DNA of 64,000 nucleotides, taken from assembly GCA_017418275.1 (NCBI GenBank), contig JAFONX010000011.1, positions 2,050 to 66,049 on the forward strand, in the 5' to 3' direction. This document shows, piece after piece, positions 17,034 through 26,655 of the stretch. Position 1 is the first letter of the stretch. Each line of letters starts with the position of its first letter. The notes under the pieces were generated by a model, which saw only the letters and a list, made by a program, of their open reading frames with translations, did not search any database and was not told the DNA's origin. The stretch is from Candidatus Saccharimonadota bacterium (GTDB taxonomy: Bacteria; Patescibacteriota; Saccharimonadia; Saccharimonadales; Saccharimonadaceae). The position numbers were made by a program, and so were the translations under genes.

Positions 17034-19466
17034 CTAAAATTTAACACTCTCTAATTTCTTCATTATATCCTGAATTGCCTGTTTTGTCAGAGTCTTATTG
17101 AAATCTGCGAACTCGAAACGGAAACTGACATTCTTCGTCTGCTGACCTTCGGCTTGGAAGATAGAGACTGGGCGGATCTTATAAATATAACCACTCCGAT
17201 CAAAGACCTCGCGCAGCGCCTTTTCAATGTCGCCATAAGCCTGGTTCTCAGGAACCGTTAGGGTGAGATCGCGCTCGACCGACTGGAACTGACTAAAGCG
17301 GACAAGCTTAGCATCTTTCGTACCGGCAAGCTCGAGTAGTTTATCGGTATCTAATTCGAAGCCGGCTGTGCCCTGCGGGAGCTTAAACTCGCGCAGAACC
17401 TTAAGTTTGAGTTCGCCAATATAGCCAAGTAAAACATCGTCAGAATAGATTGCGGCGGAACGCTTTGGCTCGTAGTAGGCATTACTCTTGTCTTTTTCTG
17501 CGACAAATTCGCGAAGCTCAAAATCAATCGCAAGATAATCTAGCAGAGCTTCAAGATAATGTTTGGCAAAGTAATAGTTACTATCCGTCGCATCGTTCAC
17601 AAACAAGCTAGCGAACTGATGGCGACCATTCGGTACGTTCTGCGCATCGACACCGTCGCTACGGCGGTAAATCTGGTTCATTTCGAACATCACGAAGTGC
17701 TTAAAACCGCCGCGAAGATTGCCATAAGCGCGGCTCACGAGCGAAGGCAAAATATTCTGGCGAATATACTGCAAATCTGGCGAGATTGAATTTGTAATGC
17801 GGTAGGAGTTCTTTGCATCCTGACCACACTTCTCGAGCAAATCACCATGAATAAATGAATAGGTCAAAGCCTCGTTGGCGCCGCGTGCACTCATAAAGTT
17901 ACGCAGGCGTGTCTTAAGCGCATAGCGTGGGCTCGGATCAGCCGTAGCATGCAGAGGCAAAACTGGCGCAATATTATCAAAACCGTTCAGGCGACCAATT
18001 TCCTCGTAAATATCCTCTGGAATATGGATATCTGTGCGCCAGTAAGGCACTTTACAACTGAGCTTGTCACCAGAAAGCTTAGTTTCGAAATTAACATTTT
18101 CGAGGGTTTTTGCCGCTTCCTTGCCGCTGAAGTTTGTGCCGAGGAGATTATTCATCTTTTCGACCGAAATCTCGACTTCGATCGCTTTTGGCGCGTCTTT
18201 TTGGCTATCAAAGAGAGCGATCGGCTTGAGAGCTGGTGCATGTTTAGCAAATTCGAGCGCAACTGGCAAGGTTTGACCAGACGGCTGCCCTTTCGTAAAG
18301 CGCGTAATTGCCTCAGAGAAAATACCGTGCGTCATTTGCGTCTTGCGGAGGTTATAAAGGCTAAAGGTGGCAGATTCAAGAATGACACGCTTGGTGTTTT
18401 CGTCAATCTTAGTATTGTCGCCACCCATCGCACCAGCAAGCGCCACAGGCACGTTATTGCTCGTAATAAGTATATCGCTTTCGGTGAGCTCAACTTCCTT
18501 TTCGTCGAGAAGAGTAAGTCTTTCGCCAGCCTTAGCGGCACGGACAATAATCTTTGGATTCTTAGTCTTGCCGATTGTAAGGAATTTGTCGTAATCAAAG
18601 GCATGCAGTGGTTGACCACTCAAAAGCATGAGATAGTTCGTCAAATCGACGATTGGATCCACTGGACGCATACCAGATTTGCAAAGATAAGTACGCTCGA
18701 GCGTGAGATATTTCTCACTATATTCGCCGTGTGGCGTTAAAACAACGGCCGTGTAGCGCGGGCAAAGATTTTCGTCGGCGATTTCGATATCCAGCGCGAT
18801 GTCTTCCTGCTCGAAATCTGCTTTAGTCTTGAGCAACCATTCTGGCGTCTTAAACTCTTTACCAAGAATACCAGCCACCTCGCGTGCAAAACCAATTACG
18901 CCAAAGGTATCTGGGCGATGCGTGAGAGATTTGTTCTCGATATCGAGAACAATATCGTTGAGCTCGTAGATTTCTGCGAGCGTCATGCCAGGCTTAGCGA
19001 CCGCTGGATCGAGTTCGGCGATACCAAGATGATCGCCGCCAAAATCTAGCTCGTCTGCACCAGCAAGCATGCCATAAGAATCGTATTTCTTGAGCATTTT
19101 GCGCATACCGATTACGAAAGGCTGATCTTCGTGGACACTCGCCGGTACAACCGCGCCTGGCGCAATCCAAGCCGCCATCATACCAGCATGAACGTTTGGC
19201 GCACCACACATGACCTGAATGAGACCTTTTTCGTCGCGCGGGATGCCGTCCATTTTGCCGCCATCGTCGATATAGCAGAGTGAAAGATGCGTATCTGGGA
19301 TTTTTTCGGCACTTTCGACGCGAACGGCAAAAATATTGTCGTACTTATGAGCTTCATCAATAACATCTTCGACCTCAACCAAGCGAGAACCAATCAGACG
19401 AACAAGCTCATCGTCGGAGACGTCAATGTCGACGTATTTTTTGAGCCAATTGAGTGAAATTAACAT
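17034..19466 (-). CDS. pheT: Phenylalanine--tRNA ligase beta subunit
   Basis: 810 aa starting MLISLNWLKKYVDI, the typical PheT N-terminus. B3/4, B5 and FDX-ACB-like regions are present. The start overlaps the pheS stop by 7 nt. Confidence 0.93.
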   Translation of the reverse strand: MLISLNWLKKYVDIDVSDDELVRLIGSRLVEVEDVIDEAHKYDNIFAVRVESAEKIPDTHLSLCYIDDGGKMDGIPRDEKGLIQVMCGAPNVHAGMMAAWIAPGAVVPASVHEDQPFVIGMRKMLKKYDSYGMLAGADELDFGGDHLGIAELDPAVAKPGMTLAEIYELNDIVLDIENKSLTHRPDTFGVIGFAREVAGILGKEFKTPEWLLKTKADFEQEDIALDIEIADENLCPRYTAVVLTPHGEYSEKYLTLERTYLCKSGMRPVDPIVDLTNYLMLLSGQPLHAFDYDKFLTIGKTKNPKIIVRAAKAGERLTLLDEKEVELTESDILITSNNVPVALAGAMGGDNTKIDENTKRVILESATFSLYNLRKTQMTHGIFSEAITRFTKGQPSGQTLPVALEFAKHAPALKPIALFDSQKDAPKAIEVEISVEKMNNLLGTNFSGKEAAKTLENVNFETKLSGDKLSCKVPYWRTDIHIPEDIYEEIGRLNGFDNIAPVLPLHATADPSPRYALKTRLRNFMSARGANEALTYSFIHGDLLEKCGQDAKNSYRITNSISPDLQYIRQNILPSLVSRAYGNLRGGFKHFVMFEMNQIYRRSDGVDAQNVPNGRHQFASLFVNDATDSNYYFAKHYLEALLDYLAIDFELREFVAEKDKSNAYYEPKRSAAIYSDDVLLGYIGELKLKVLREFKLPQGTAGFELDTDKLLELAGTKDAKLVRFSQFQSVERDLTLTVPENQAYGDIEKALREVFDRSGYIYKIRPVSIFQAEGQQTKNVSFRFEFADFNKTLTKQAIQDIMKKLESVKF

Positions 19467-20449
19467 GCAAACTCCTTCAAGAAATCAAGTTTTGCGGATT
19501 CGAAATAGCGCACATCCGAGAGCTTGCGCTTGAGCATAACAAGGCGATCAATGCCTCCACCCCAAGCAAAGCCATGATATTCTTCCGGGTCAATGCCGGC
19601 TTCCTTGAGAACGTTCGGATGAATCATGCCACAACCAAGCATTTCGAGAAATTCACCCTTCTTGCCAGCAAGCGCCTCTGGCTTTTCGATCATAAATTCA
19701 AGTGATGGCTCAGTAAATGGAAAGAAGCCAGGCTGCGTGCGGATATTCAGCTTCTGACCGTAATACTTCTCAAAGAATTCACGTAAGATACCGAGCATGT
19801 TGCCAAGCGTACAAGTTTTTGAAACATAAACACCCTCACACTGATAGAAAGTATGTTCGTGTGTGGCGTCGAGATCCTCGTTGCGATAGACGCGACCAGG
19901 GACCGCCACCGCAATCGCCTCACCCTCAGCAAGCTTGTGTTTGTAAGCCTTGAGAATGCGGTTCTGCATGGTACTGGTGTGAGCTGGCGGAATGTAGCCC
20001 TCTTCGGTGCGAAAAGTATCAAAATTATCGCGGGCCGGATGTGCCTTGGCGAAGTTAAGACTATCAAACATATGGTATTCGTCGTCGAGCTGTTGTGACT
20101 CAACTACATCAAAACCCATCGACTGATAAATCGCCATGACGCGATCGAGTTCGGTCATGAGTGGATGCTGGCTACCCTCGTCGGCTGTCAAAAACTTTGG
20201 CAATTCGCCATTAATAGCGCAAGGAGCGGTAATGTCGAGTGGTTTCACGTCCTGCTCGAGCGCAGCTTCCTCGGCGGCGGCAATTTCCGCCATTATTTTT
20301 TGCTTCTTTTCGTTTAGCTTGCGACCAAAATCACCGCGCTCCTCAGCAGGAAGATCCTTCATTTTGGAGTATTCCTGATTGAGTGCCTTGAGAGCGGCTT
20401 TTAGCTCGGCGATTTGATCGCTAGTTTTCTTCTCCACAACACTTGGCAT
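19460..20449 (-). CDS. pheS: Phenylalanine--tRNA ligase alpha subunit
   Basis: Class II aaRS motifs are HPLMTE, PGRVYRNEDLDATHEHTFYQCEG and GFAWGGGIDRLVML. Located upstream of pheT. Confidence 0.93.
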   Translation of the reverse strand: MPSVVEKKTSDQIAELKAALKALNQEYSKMKDLPAEERGDFGRKLNEKKQKIMAEIAAAEEAALEQDVKPLDITAPCAINGELPKFLTADEGSQHPLMTELDRVMAIYQSMGFDVVESQQLDDEYHMFDSLNFAKAHPARDNFDTFRTEEGYIPPAHTSTMQNRILKAYKHKLAEGEAIAVAVPGRVYRNEDLDATHEHTFYQCEGVYVSKTCTLGNMLGILREFFEKYYGQKLNIRTQPGFFPFTEPSLEFMIEKPEALAGKKGEFLEMLGCGMIHPNVLKEAGIDPEEYHGFAWGGGIDRLVMLKRKLSDVRYFESAKLDFLKEFAC

Positions 20450-20500
20450 AATACCTTAAATTTTACTACTTATAGAGAGAAAACTCAACTTACGATAAGC

Positions 20501-20728
20501 CTATTTGAGTACAAAAATCACGATCAGCGACAAAGCCGCCAAGATAATTAGCGTGCCCCAGAACCAAGTGCTAGCGCTAGATTTATGTGTACCATCCACA
20601 AAAGAGGAATCTTCGACCAAATCGAGGTCTTCACCCAGGGAATTCTCGTCAGCCCGACGGCGAAGATCAGCGGTAATCTTATTCTGCAAGTCGCTACGTT
20701 CTTCGTCTTTTTCTACTAAAATCCCCAC
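20501..20728 (-). CDS. Small hypothetical membrane protein (75 aa, GTG start)
   Basis: SD aaggagga lies 6 nt before the GTG. A C-terminal TM is present (TWFWGTLIILAALSLIVIFVL). Confidence 0.5.
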   Translation of the reverse strand: MGILVEKDEERSDLQNKITADLRRRADENSLGEDLDLVEDSSFVDGTHKSSASTWFWGTLIILAALSLIVIFVLK

Positions 20729-20819
20729 TTTTTTCCTCCTTTTTTCTAATCTGTTTACACTATTGTAACAAATTTGTGATATATTGAGGCTATACAGATA
20801 TATTTAAGAGGAGGTTTAG

Positions 20820-22295
20820 ATGGCAAAATCCAAAGCCAAGAATGCTAAGCACAAAAACAAAGGTGCAAGGCTCAATACTGTCGAAGCTGAAAAAGCCAAG
20901 ATTGCCAAAAAGGGTGAGGAATTAATCGATGACGACGAAGAACTCGAAGAGGTTGTCGATGACGATGAAGTAATCGAGGACGAAGACGACGAAGTCGAAG
21001 AAGATGTCGACGAAGACGAAGATTCTGAAGACGAGGATGAGGACGAAGACGAGTCCGAGGACGAGGATGACGACGATGAGTCTGATGAAGACGACGATGA
21101 TGAGGACGATGAGTCTGACGATGAGGATGACGATGAAGACGAATCCGAAGACGATGAAGACGAAGATTCCGAAGAAGATGACGAGGAAGACGACGAGTCG
21201 GAAGACGACGATGACGAAGAAGACGACGAGTCGGAAGACGACGATGACGAAGACGATGATGATGACGATGATGAGTCTGACGAGGACGATTACGAGGATG
21301 ATGATTCCGAAGAAGACGACGAGGAAGAAGAGGACGACGACGACAAAGTAGTCGTTACTAAGATATCCGCTAAGAAGACTTCTAAGAAGGCTCCTAAAAC
21401 TACTGATAAGAAGACCGCTAAAGTTGCCACTAAGAAAGCAATCACATCCGAAAAAGCTCCAAGCAAACTCAAGGTTTTCTTTGCACGTAAGGGCGACACA
21501 AACGAGAATATTCTTACTATCTTCCGCGACACTAAGATTATTGGCGCAATTATCGGCGAGATTATCGGTGTGGCAATTATCACTATGATTGCCTTAACGC
21601 TCGGTCTATTCAACCCGCTATACATGATTTTGGCCTACGTCGGTATCACTGCAGCTATCGTAAAGCTCTCCGGCGCACATCTTAACCCGATTGTTACTGC
21701 TGGCATGATGGCAAGCCGCCGTGTTTCCGCTATCCGTGGTGTAATTTACATCATTTCCCAGATTCTCGGTGCTTGGGTCGGTTTCCTAATCATCAATTCA
21801 CTGCACAAAGCTGGTATCGCTTCTGGCAACATCGAAGAAGCAACTTCCACTTTGCCAACACTCGCTCAAGCCGACGAGCTTTCCGGTGCAACCGAAGGCT
21901 ATAGCCTACTTGGTGCAATTCGCGTAGTCGAGTTTATTGGCGCGGTCATTATCGCCTTCTTCTTCGCACGTGCACAGCGTGTCAAGAAGGATACCGCCGC
22001 ATTCTCTATCACAGTCGCGGCCGGCGTATTTATCGCAATGATTATAGCAGTAGTTGTAAACAGCAACTTCTTCATGATTCAGAACAATACCTTTGTTTTG
22101 AACCCAGCCGTTGGTATGTTCTACGGCATCTTCCCGTCCAGCGCTGATGGTTTCGATTCTCTCATGAGCACACTGATGCCAATGCTTGTTACCTATGTAA
22201 TTCTTCCAGTAATCGGCGGCGTTCTAGGCTTCTATCTTTCTGACTTTGCAACAATTCTCGAAGGCAAAGACCTCAAAGATAACATCGAAGAATAA
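20820..22295 (+). CDS. MIP/aquaporin-family channel with a ~215-aa N-terminal extension of basic, poly-acidic and basic segments
   Basis: SD aagaggagg. The C-terminal ~270 aa has six hydrophobic helices and the two MIP half-motifs SGAHLNPIVTAG (NPI variant) and VLNPAVGMF (NPA). Residues 33-175 are almost entirely Asp/Glu. Confidence 0.8.
   Translation: MAKSKAKNAKHKNKGARLNTVEAEKAKIAKKGEELIDDDEELEEVVDDDEVIEDEDDEVEEDVDEDEDSEDEDEDEDESEDEDDDDESDEDDDDEDDESDDEDDDEDESEDDEDEDSEEDDEEDDESEDDDDEEDDESEDDDDEDDDDDDDESDEDDYEDDDSEEDDEEEEDDDDKVVVTKISAKKTSKKAPKTTDKKTAKVATKKAITSEKAPSKLKVFFARKGDTNENILTIFRDTKIIGAIIGEIIGVAIITMIALTLGLFNPLYMILAYVGITAAIVKLSGAHLNPIVTAGMMASRRVSAIRGVIYIISQILGAWVGFLIINSLHKAGIASGNIEEATSTLPTLAQADELSGATEGYSLLGAIRVVEFIGAVIIAFFFARAQRVKKDTAAFSITVAAGVFIAMIIAVVVNSNFFMIQNNTFVLNPAVGMFYGIFPSSADGFDSLMSTLMPMLVTYVILPVIGGVLGFYLSDFATILEGKDLKDNIEE
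20916..21344 (+). repeat. Coding low-complexity (GAN)n tract encoding poly-Asp/Glu, including a 2 x 33-nt perfect tandem repeat at 21189-21254
   Basis: The tract is a purine-rich gac/gaa/gat/gag run. The unit gacgacgagtcggaagacgacgatgacgaagaa is repeated head-to-tail with a single difference at the last base. Confidence 0.9.
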
Positions 22296-22301
22296 AACTT
22301 C

Positions 22302-22325
22302 AAGCACAAAAACTCCCCGTATTGG
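22302..22325 (+). terminator. Rho-independent terminator of the aquaporin gene
   Basis: actcccc-gtatt-ggggagt followed by tttttt. Confidence 0.85.
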
Positions 22326-22334
22326 GGAGTTTTT

Positions 22335-22367
22335 TGAAGGCAAGAAAAATCCCCCGCTCGGGAAAAC
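22335..22367 (-). terminator. Rho-independent terminator of the 22405-22800 gene
   Basis: On the minus strand: ccctcgctcgg-ttttc-ccgagcggggg followed by attttt. Confidence 0.75.
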
Positions 22368-22404
22368 CGAGCGAGGGACATAAGGAGGTGTTTATCCGAT
22401 GAAC

Positions 22405-22800
22405 TCAATTTTTTGTGTCGCCAAAGTAGCTAAGCATCGTCATAAGACGCTCACCGAGGGCCTGAGCCCCTTTAACTGTGCCATCTTCTTCTTTAACGAC
22501 GCGTGCTATAAGACCCGCCAGGGACGGTATCTGCTTAAAGCTGAAGCTAGCGTCGTCTTCACGAATAGCCAGCATCGTCTTGAATATCTGATTAAAATCA
22601 TAATCGTAGTCCTTCTTATACATGGGATCTGAGTTGAAGTCACCATGCACATCCCTATCATAGGGAACGAAGAATACTGTGGCACCGCTCTCGACATCTC
22701 CGATAGCGGAAACTCTGACCTGGGTGTATTTGTAATCATCAAACTTTACACCCACGATTTTCGGTTCACTGTTCAGATAGACTTTTAACACTAAGCCCAT
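22405..22800 (-). CDS. Hypothetical protein (131 aa), no family recognised
   Basis: The ORF is bracketed by its own TATAAT promoter region and terminator. GGAG abuts the ATG, so the true start could be the in-frame GTG three codons downstream. Confidence 0.5.
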   Translation of the reverse strand: MGLVLKVYLNSEPKIVGVKFDDYKYTQVRVSAIGDVESGATVFFVPYDRDVHGDFNSDPMYKKDYDYDFNQIFKTMLAIREDDASFSFKQIPSLAGLIARVVKEEDGTVKGAQALGERLMTMLSYFGDTKN

Positions 22801-22890
22801 CTCCTTTCAATAATAAAAATACACACTCCATTCCGTCTGGTCCGAGGAGCGACATTTTTATTATATCATTTTTTTATTATTTTACAAGAC

Positions 22891-22916
22891 AAAAAACCGC
22901 CCCTTATCAGAGCGGC
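22891..22916 (-). terminator. Rho-independent terminator after tsf
   Basis: On the minus strand: ccgctc-tgataag-gggcgg followed by tttttt. Confidence 0.7.
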
Positions 22917-22938
22917 TTTTGTTTTCAAGTTTTTTTAA

Positions 22939-23577
22939 TTACTCAGTAACACCGAGCTCAATACGTTTGAACTGCTTGACGTTGATGTTTTCGCCAAACT
23001 TTGCGATGTTTTCCTTAATGAATTCAGCAACAGTCTTCTTGTCATCGAAGATGTATGGCTGATTCATCAAGACAGCTTCTGCGAAGTGCTTTGAAACCTT
23101 CTTAGCAAGAATATCAGCCTTCTTATCTGCTGGCTCTTTACCAGTGAGGCTAGCTTCAGCTTCTTTGATAGCTTCAGCGCGCTTCTCTTCTGGAATCTGA
23201 TCTTCGGTAACATATAGTGGGTTCATTGAAGCGACCTGCATAGCAAGCTTGTGAGCCATATCTCTGAAATCGTCGGTATTAGCAACGAAAGAAGTCTCAC
23301 AGTTTACTTCGATGATAGCGCCGAGGCGACCATCGTGAATATAAGCATCGACGACACCTTCGCGAGTTTCGCGATCACCGCGCTTTTCAGCCTTGGTAAG
23401 GCCCTTCTTACGCATAGCGGCGAGGGCCTTATCGAAATCACCCTTAGCCTCGACGAGAGCCTTCTTTGCATCAGTCAAACCAACGCCAGAAAGTTCTTTG
23501 AGCTTCTTGATAAGTTCGATGCTGATAGCCTTTGCTTCGCCAGCTACCTCTTTTGTAGTTTTTTCCTTTTTTGCCAT
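22939..23577 (-). CDS. tsf: Elongation factor Ts (short form, 212 aa)
   Basis: The N-terminal UBA-like LIKKLKELSGVGLTDAKKALVEAKGDFDKALAAMRKKG is characteristic of EF-Ts. SD aaggagga. Located downstream of rpsB. Confidence 0.92.
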   Translation of the reverse strand: MAKKEKTTKEVAGEAKAISIELIKKLKELSGVGLTDAKKALVEAKGDFDKALAAMRKKGLTKAEKRGDRETREGVVDAYIHDGRLGAIIEVNCETSFVANTDDFRDMAHKLAMQVASMNPLYVTEDQIPEEKRAEAIKEAEASLTGKEPADKKADILAKKVSKHFAEAVLMNQPYIFDDKKTVAEFIKENIAKFGENINVKQFKRIELGVTE

Positions 23578-23612
23578 TTCTCCTCCTTAGGAAGTTTTAA
23601 TTTTTAGCAAGA

Positions 23613-24314
23613 TTAGTTCTTGGCGATTTTTGCTTTGCCGTCTTTGATAGCGGCAACAAAGTAATCCAAAATAGTCTGAACAGCCTTGATAGCGTCGTCG
23701 TTGGCTGGAATTGGATATTCGACAACCGTTGGATCGACGTTAGTATCAGCAATAGCAAATACTGGGATACCGAGAGTCTTAGCCTCTTTGATAGCGTTCT
23801 TATCCTGAACCATGTCAGTGACAATAACAGCAACTGGCTGCTTGTTCATGCTCTTGATACCACCGTAGCGTTCGTTGAGCATGTCGATTTCTTCCTGGAA
23901 GCGCTGGACTTCAAGCTTATTGTAGCGTTTTTCGAGCTCGCCAGTAGCCATGCGCTTTTCGAGGCTCTTGAGCTTCTGAATCTGCTTGTTAACAGTATCG
24001 ACGTTAGTTAGCATGCCGCCAACCCAACGAACCGTAACATATGGCATATCGACAGACTCGGCAGAAGTCTTGACGAGATCCTTGAGCTGCTTCTTTGTAC
24101 CGACGAAAAGAATCTTTTCGCCCTTAGCAGCGAGCTTGGTAAGCTCTGGAAGAGCGTTGTCGAGTGCTTCGACAGTCTTTTCAAGGTTGATAATATGAGC
24201 GCCATTGCGCTTGCTGTGGATGTATGGAGCCATCTTTGGGTGCCAGCGGCTGGTCTTGTGACCAAAATGCGCACCAGCAGCAAGAAGCTCCTTAATGTCT
24301 ACTTTGACAGGCAT
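23613..24314 (-). CDS. rpsB: 30S ribosomal protein S2
   Basis: LLAAGAHFGHKTSRWHPKM and FVGTKKQ are conserved S2 blocks. Classical rpsB-tsf gene order. Confidence 0.95.
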   Translation of the reverse strand: MPVKVDIKELLAAGAHFGHKTSRWHPKMAPYIHSKRNGAHIINLEKTVEALDNALPELTKLAAKGEKILFVGTKKQLKDLVKTSAESVDMPYVTVRWVGGMLTNVDTVNKQIQKLKSLEKRMATGELEKRYNKLEVQRFQEEIDMLNERYGGIKSMNKQPVAVIVTDMVQDKNAIKEAKTLGIPVFAIADTNVDPTVVEYPIPANDDAIKAVQTILDYFVAAIKDGKAKIAKN

Positions 24315-24410
24315 TAGTACCTTCTCCTTTGCTTAGGGGATATTCGCAAAATAATCCTAAGCTGTTTCGTTAAATATTATTACTCTATAATTATAACATA
24401 ATCCCCTAGA

Positions 24411-24433
24411 AAAGAAAACACCGTTTTACGGTG
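24411..24433 (-). terminator. Rho-independent terminator after htrA
   Basis: caccg-taaaa-cggtg on the minus strand followed by ttttctttt. Confidence 0.65.
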
Positions 24434-24453
24434 CTTTCTCTGTTTTCTAAGAC

Positions 24454-25779
24454 TTATTCCTTATAGGCCGCGAGCGTGAGATTTGTCGTGTAGGTTTCAT
24501 TACCACGCATATATTCAATCTCGATTGTATCACCAACTTTATATTCGCTCACGAGACTACTCAGCGAGCCGGCAGAACCAATCTGTACGCCGTTAATCTT
24601 TGTAATAATATCGCCATCTTTGAGGCCGGCTTTAGCGGCTGGACCGCCCGATGCAATCGCGCTGCTACGACTATTCTCGCCCGCTGTTAGATAGGCACCG
24701 TATTTAACCGGTAGGTTGTAGGCCTTGGCGATTTCTGGCGTAACGGCAGTATAAACGACACCGATATAGGCGCGCTCCGCACGACCGTTCTCGATGATAC
24801 CATTAAGCATGCCCTTGGTGGCAGAGATTGGGATCGAGAAGCCGAGACCATTATAGTCCGTTGAAGTGGCAGTATTAATACCAATCACCTCACCAGCTGC
24901 ATTTACGAGCGGGCCACCGGAGTTACCTGGATTAATCGCGGCATCCGTCTGAATCAAGTCTGACAAGTTCTCGCCATTTGTACCGTCTGAATCGTAAGCC
25001 GTCAAGGAACGACCAATACCGCTTACAATACCCTGCGCAACCGTGTTTTGATACATGCCAAGTGCATTACCAATCGTAAGAACTGGCTGACCAACCGCAA
25101 TTGTCTTAGAATCGCCGAGTGTTACGGTCGGAAGATCTGAGACGCCATTAATCTTAAGATAAGCTACGTCATTGAGCGGATCGAGACCAACGATGTCTAC
25201 GTCTTCGTAGGTGTCGCCGCTCTCCATAATAATCGTGATAGAGTCAGCGCCTTCGGCTACGTGTTTGTTTGTAATGACGTAACCGTCCGAAGTCACAATC
25301 ATGCCCGTACCAGCAGCCTGCTCGGATTCTTGATAATAGCGACTGTAGTAGTTATTCGCGCGTGTTTCGGTCACAATCGAGACAACAGCCGGTGTAACCT
25401 TGCTCACAATGCTTGCAATGGAAGTTTCTTCAAATTCGACCGAGTTACCATTATAATAACCGTCTACCGCCGTAGCTGCGCTGGTCTTAGTCGAATTATC
25501 CTTCGCAAGCGCCCAGACTGCAATCCCTATTCCGCCAAAGGCGACCAAGAGCGAAATGACCGCAATGACAATCGCCGCCGCGTTAGCGCCGCTCGATTGT
25601 TTTGCCGGTGCGTTCGTCTGAGTATTTGCACGATAGTTCTTCCAATCGTACGGATCTTTAGTAGGCAACTGTTGCGGTGCTTGATTTTCTGTTTTTGGCT
25701 CTTGCAGTGGCGGTGTAACTGGTTTTTCCGGGGCCGCAGGGGTCGTTGTTTGGTTTATAGGAGTATTCCCACTCTCCAT
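24454..25779 (-). CDS. htrA: HtrA/DegP-family S1C serine protease with one PDZ domain and an N-terminal membrane anchor
   Basis: The catalytic blocks are TNKHV (His), DVAYLK (Asp) and GNSGGPLV (Ser). A C-terminal PDZ is visible (GLKDGDIITKINGVQI). A TM segment (AAIVIAVISLLVAFGGIGIAVWAL) follows a Pro/Thr-rich N-terminus. Confidence 0.88.
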   Translation of the reverse strand: MESGNTPINQTTTPAAPEKPVTPPLQEPKTENQAPQQLPTKDPYDWKNYRANTQTNAPAKQSSGANAAAIVIAVISLLVAFGGIGIAVWALAKDNSTKTSAATAVDGYYNGNSVEFEETSIASIVSKVTPAVVSIVTETRANNYYSRYYQESEQAAGTGMIVTSDGYVITNKHVAEGADSITIIMESGDTYEDVDIVGLDPLNDVAYLKINGVSDLPTVTLGDSKTIAVGQPVLTIGNALGMYQNTVAQGIVSGIGRSLTAYDSDGTNGENLSDLIQTDAAINPGNSGGPLVNAAGEVIGINTATSTDYNGLGFSIPISATKGMLNGIIENGRAERAYIGVVYTAVTPEIAKAYNLPVKYGAYLTAGENSRSSAIASGGPAAKAGLKDGDIITKINGVQIGSAGSLSSLVSEYKVGDTIEIEYMRGNETYTTNLTLAAYKE

Positions 25780-25804
25780 TAATTCTCCTTTCTTTTAAAA
25801 CAAA

Positions 25805-26596
25805 TTAAACGTCAAAGTTGGCCTTCGAAAACAAGAATATCATCACAAGGATAAGCGAAACTGAAAATATGACCGGAAGTACAATGGCGTCGGCACGAAT
25901 TTTGCCGTCATGTTTTAGAGCAGACAGATAGCCCTTAGAGGCAAACAAGAAAATCAGGATGGCTGCGATTGGCAACTGCGGAATCGCGACCGAGGTGCCA
26001 AACATATTGATTCGGTATACGATTGACCAGTGGTAAAATATCCAGCTCATCTCGGTGAGGAGCATGCCGGAAATAAAGGTAGTAAGTGTAAAATCACGGT
26101 CATCTCCCTGCATTAGCACGTGGCGGCTCGAACCATAGCCAATCACGAAGCTTGCGATGCCGCAGAAAACCGGATTAAACTGAGCAAGCCCAACCGCTAC
26201 AACAAAGCTACCAAAGAAAATCGCGCAAGCCGCCTGGATACAGGTAAAGAGCGCTGAAGTTTGAGGCTTAATCACAACTAACCAAAGCGCATATATTGCA
26301 GTCAAAATATAATGCCAGGCATTAATAGTGTCCGTGCCGGCCAAATACACCATAAATACTAGGCTCGTACCAACAATAAAGTCCACTAGGTTTGCCTTAA
26401 TGTTGACCCACCAATAGCGAGGGCGTACCGCAATGACGCGCCACTTCGAGAGAATAACGAGCAATACCCCAAAAATCCAGTTGCCCGAGATCAAGGTAAG
26501 CGCGGTAGAAGCTAGCGCAAGTGCAATATTCAAAGAAACATGCGCGAAAGAACTGAGAGCATTACGCCCCTTGCGGAGCATTACATAATCCGTCAT
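25805..26596 (-). CDS. Hypothetical polytopic membrane protein (263 aa)
   Basis: Seven to eight hydrophobic helices; no recognised motif. Confidence 0.55.
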   Translation of the reverse strand: MTDYVMLRKGRNALSSFAHVSLNIALALASTALTLISGNWIFGVLLVILSKWRVIAVRPRYWWVNIKANLVDFIVGTSLVFMVYLAGTDTINAWHYILTAIYALWLVVIKPQTSALFTCIQAACAIFFGSFVVAVGLAQFNPVFCGIASFVIGYGSSRHVLMQGDDRDFTLTTFISGMLLTEMSWIFYHWSIVYRINMFGTSVAIPQLPIAAILIFLFASKGYLSALKHDGKIRADAIVLPVIFSVSLILVMIFLFSKANFDV

Positions 26597-26655
26597 AACT
26601 TATTTAATTCTAGCACAGGGAGTAGTTTTTCGCCACTTATGCTAAAATAGAGAGT

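Noticed and set aside
20916-21625. Possible CRISPR or satellite array, and alternative-frame ORFs (21004-21351 plus strand, 21290-21625 minus strand), in the GA-rich tract
   Set aside because: The periodicity is codon-level (GAN)n within one long ORF that continues into a bona fide MIP domain. There is no repeat-spacer organisation. The other frames are artefacts of the low-complexity sequence.
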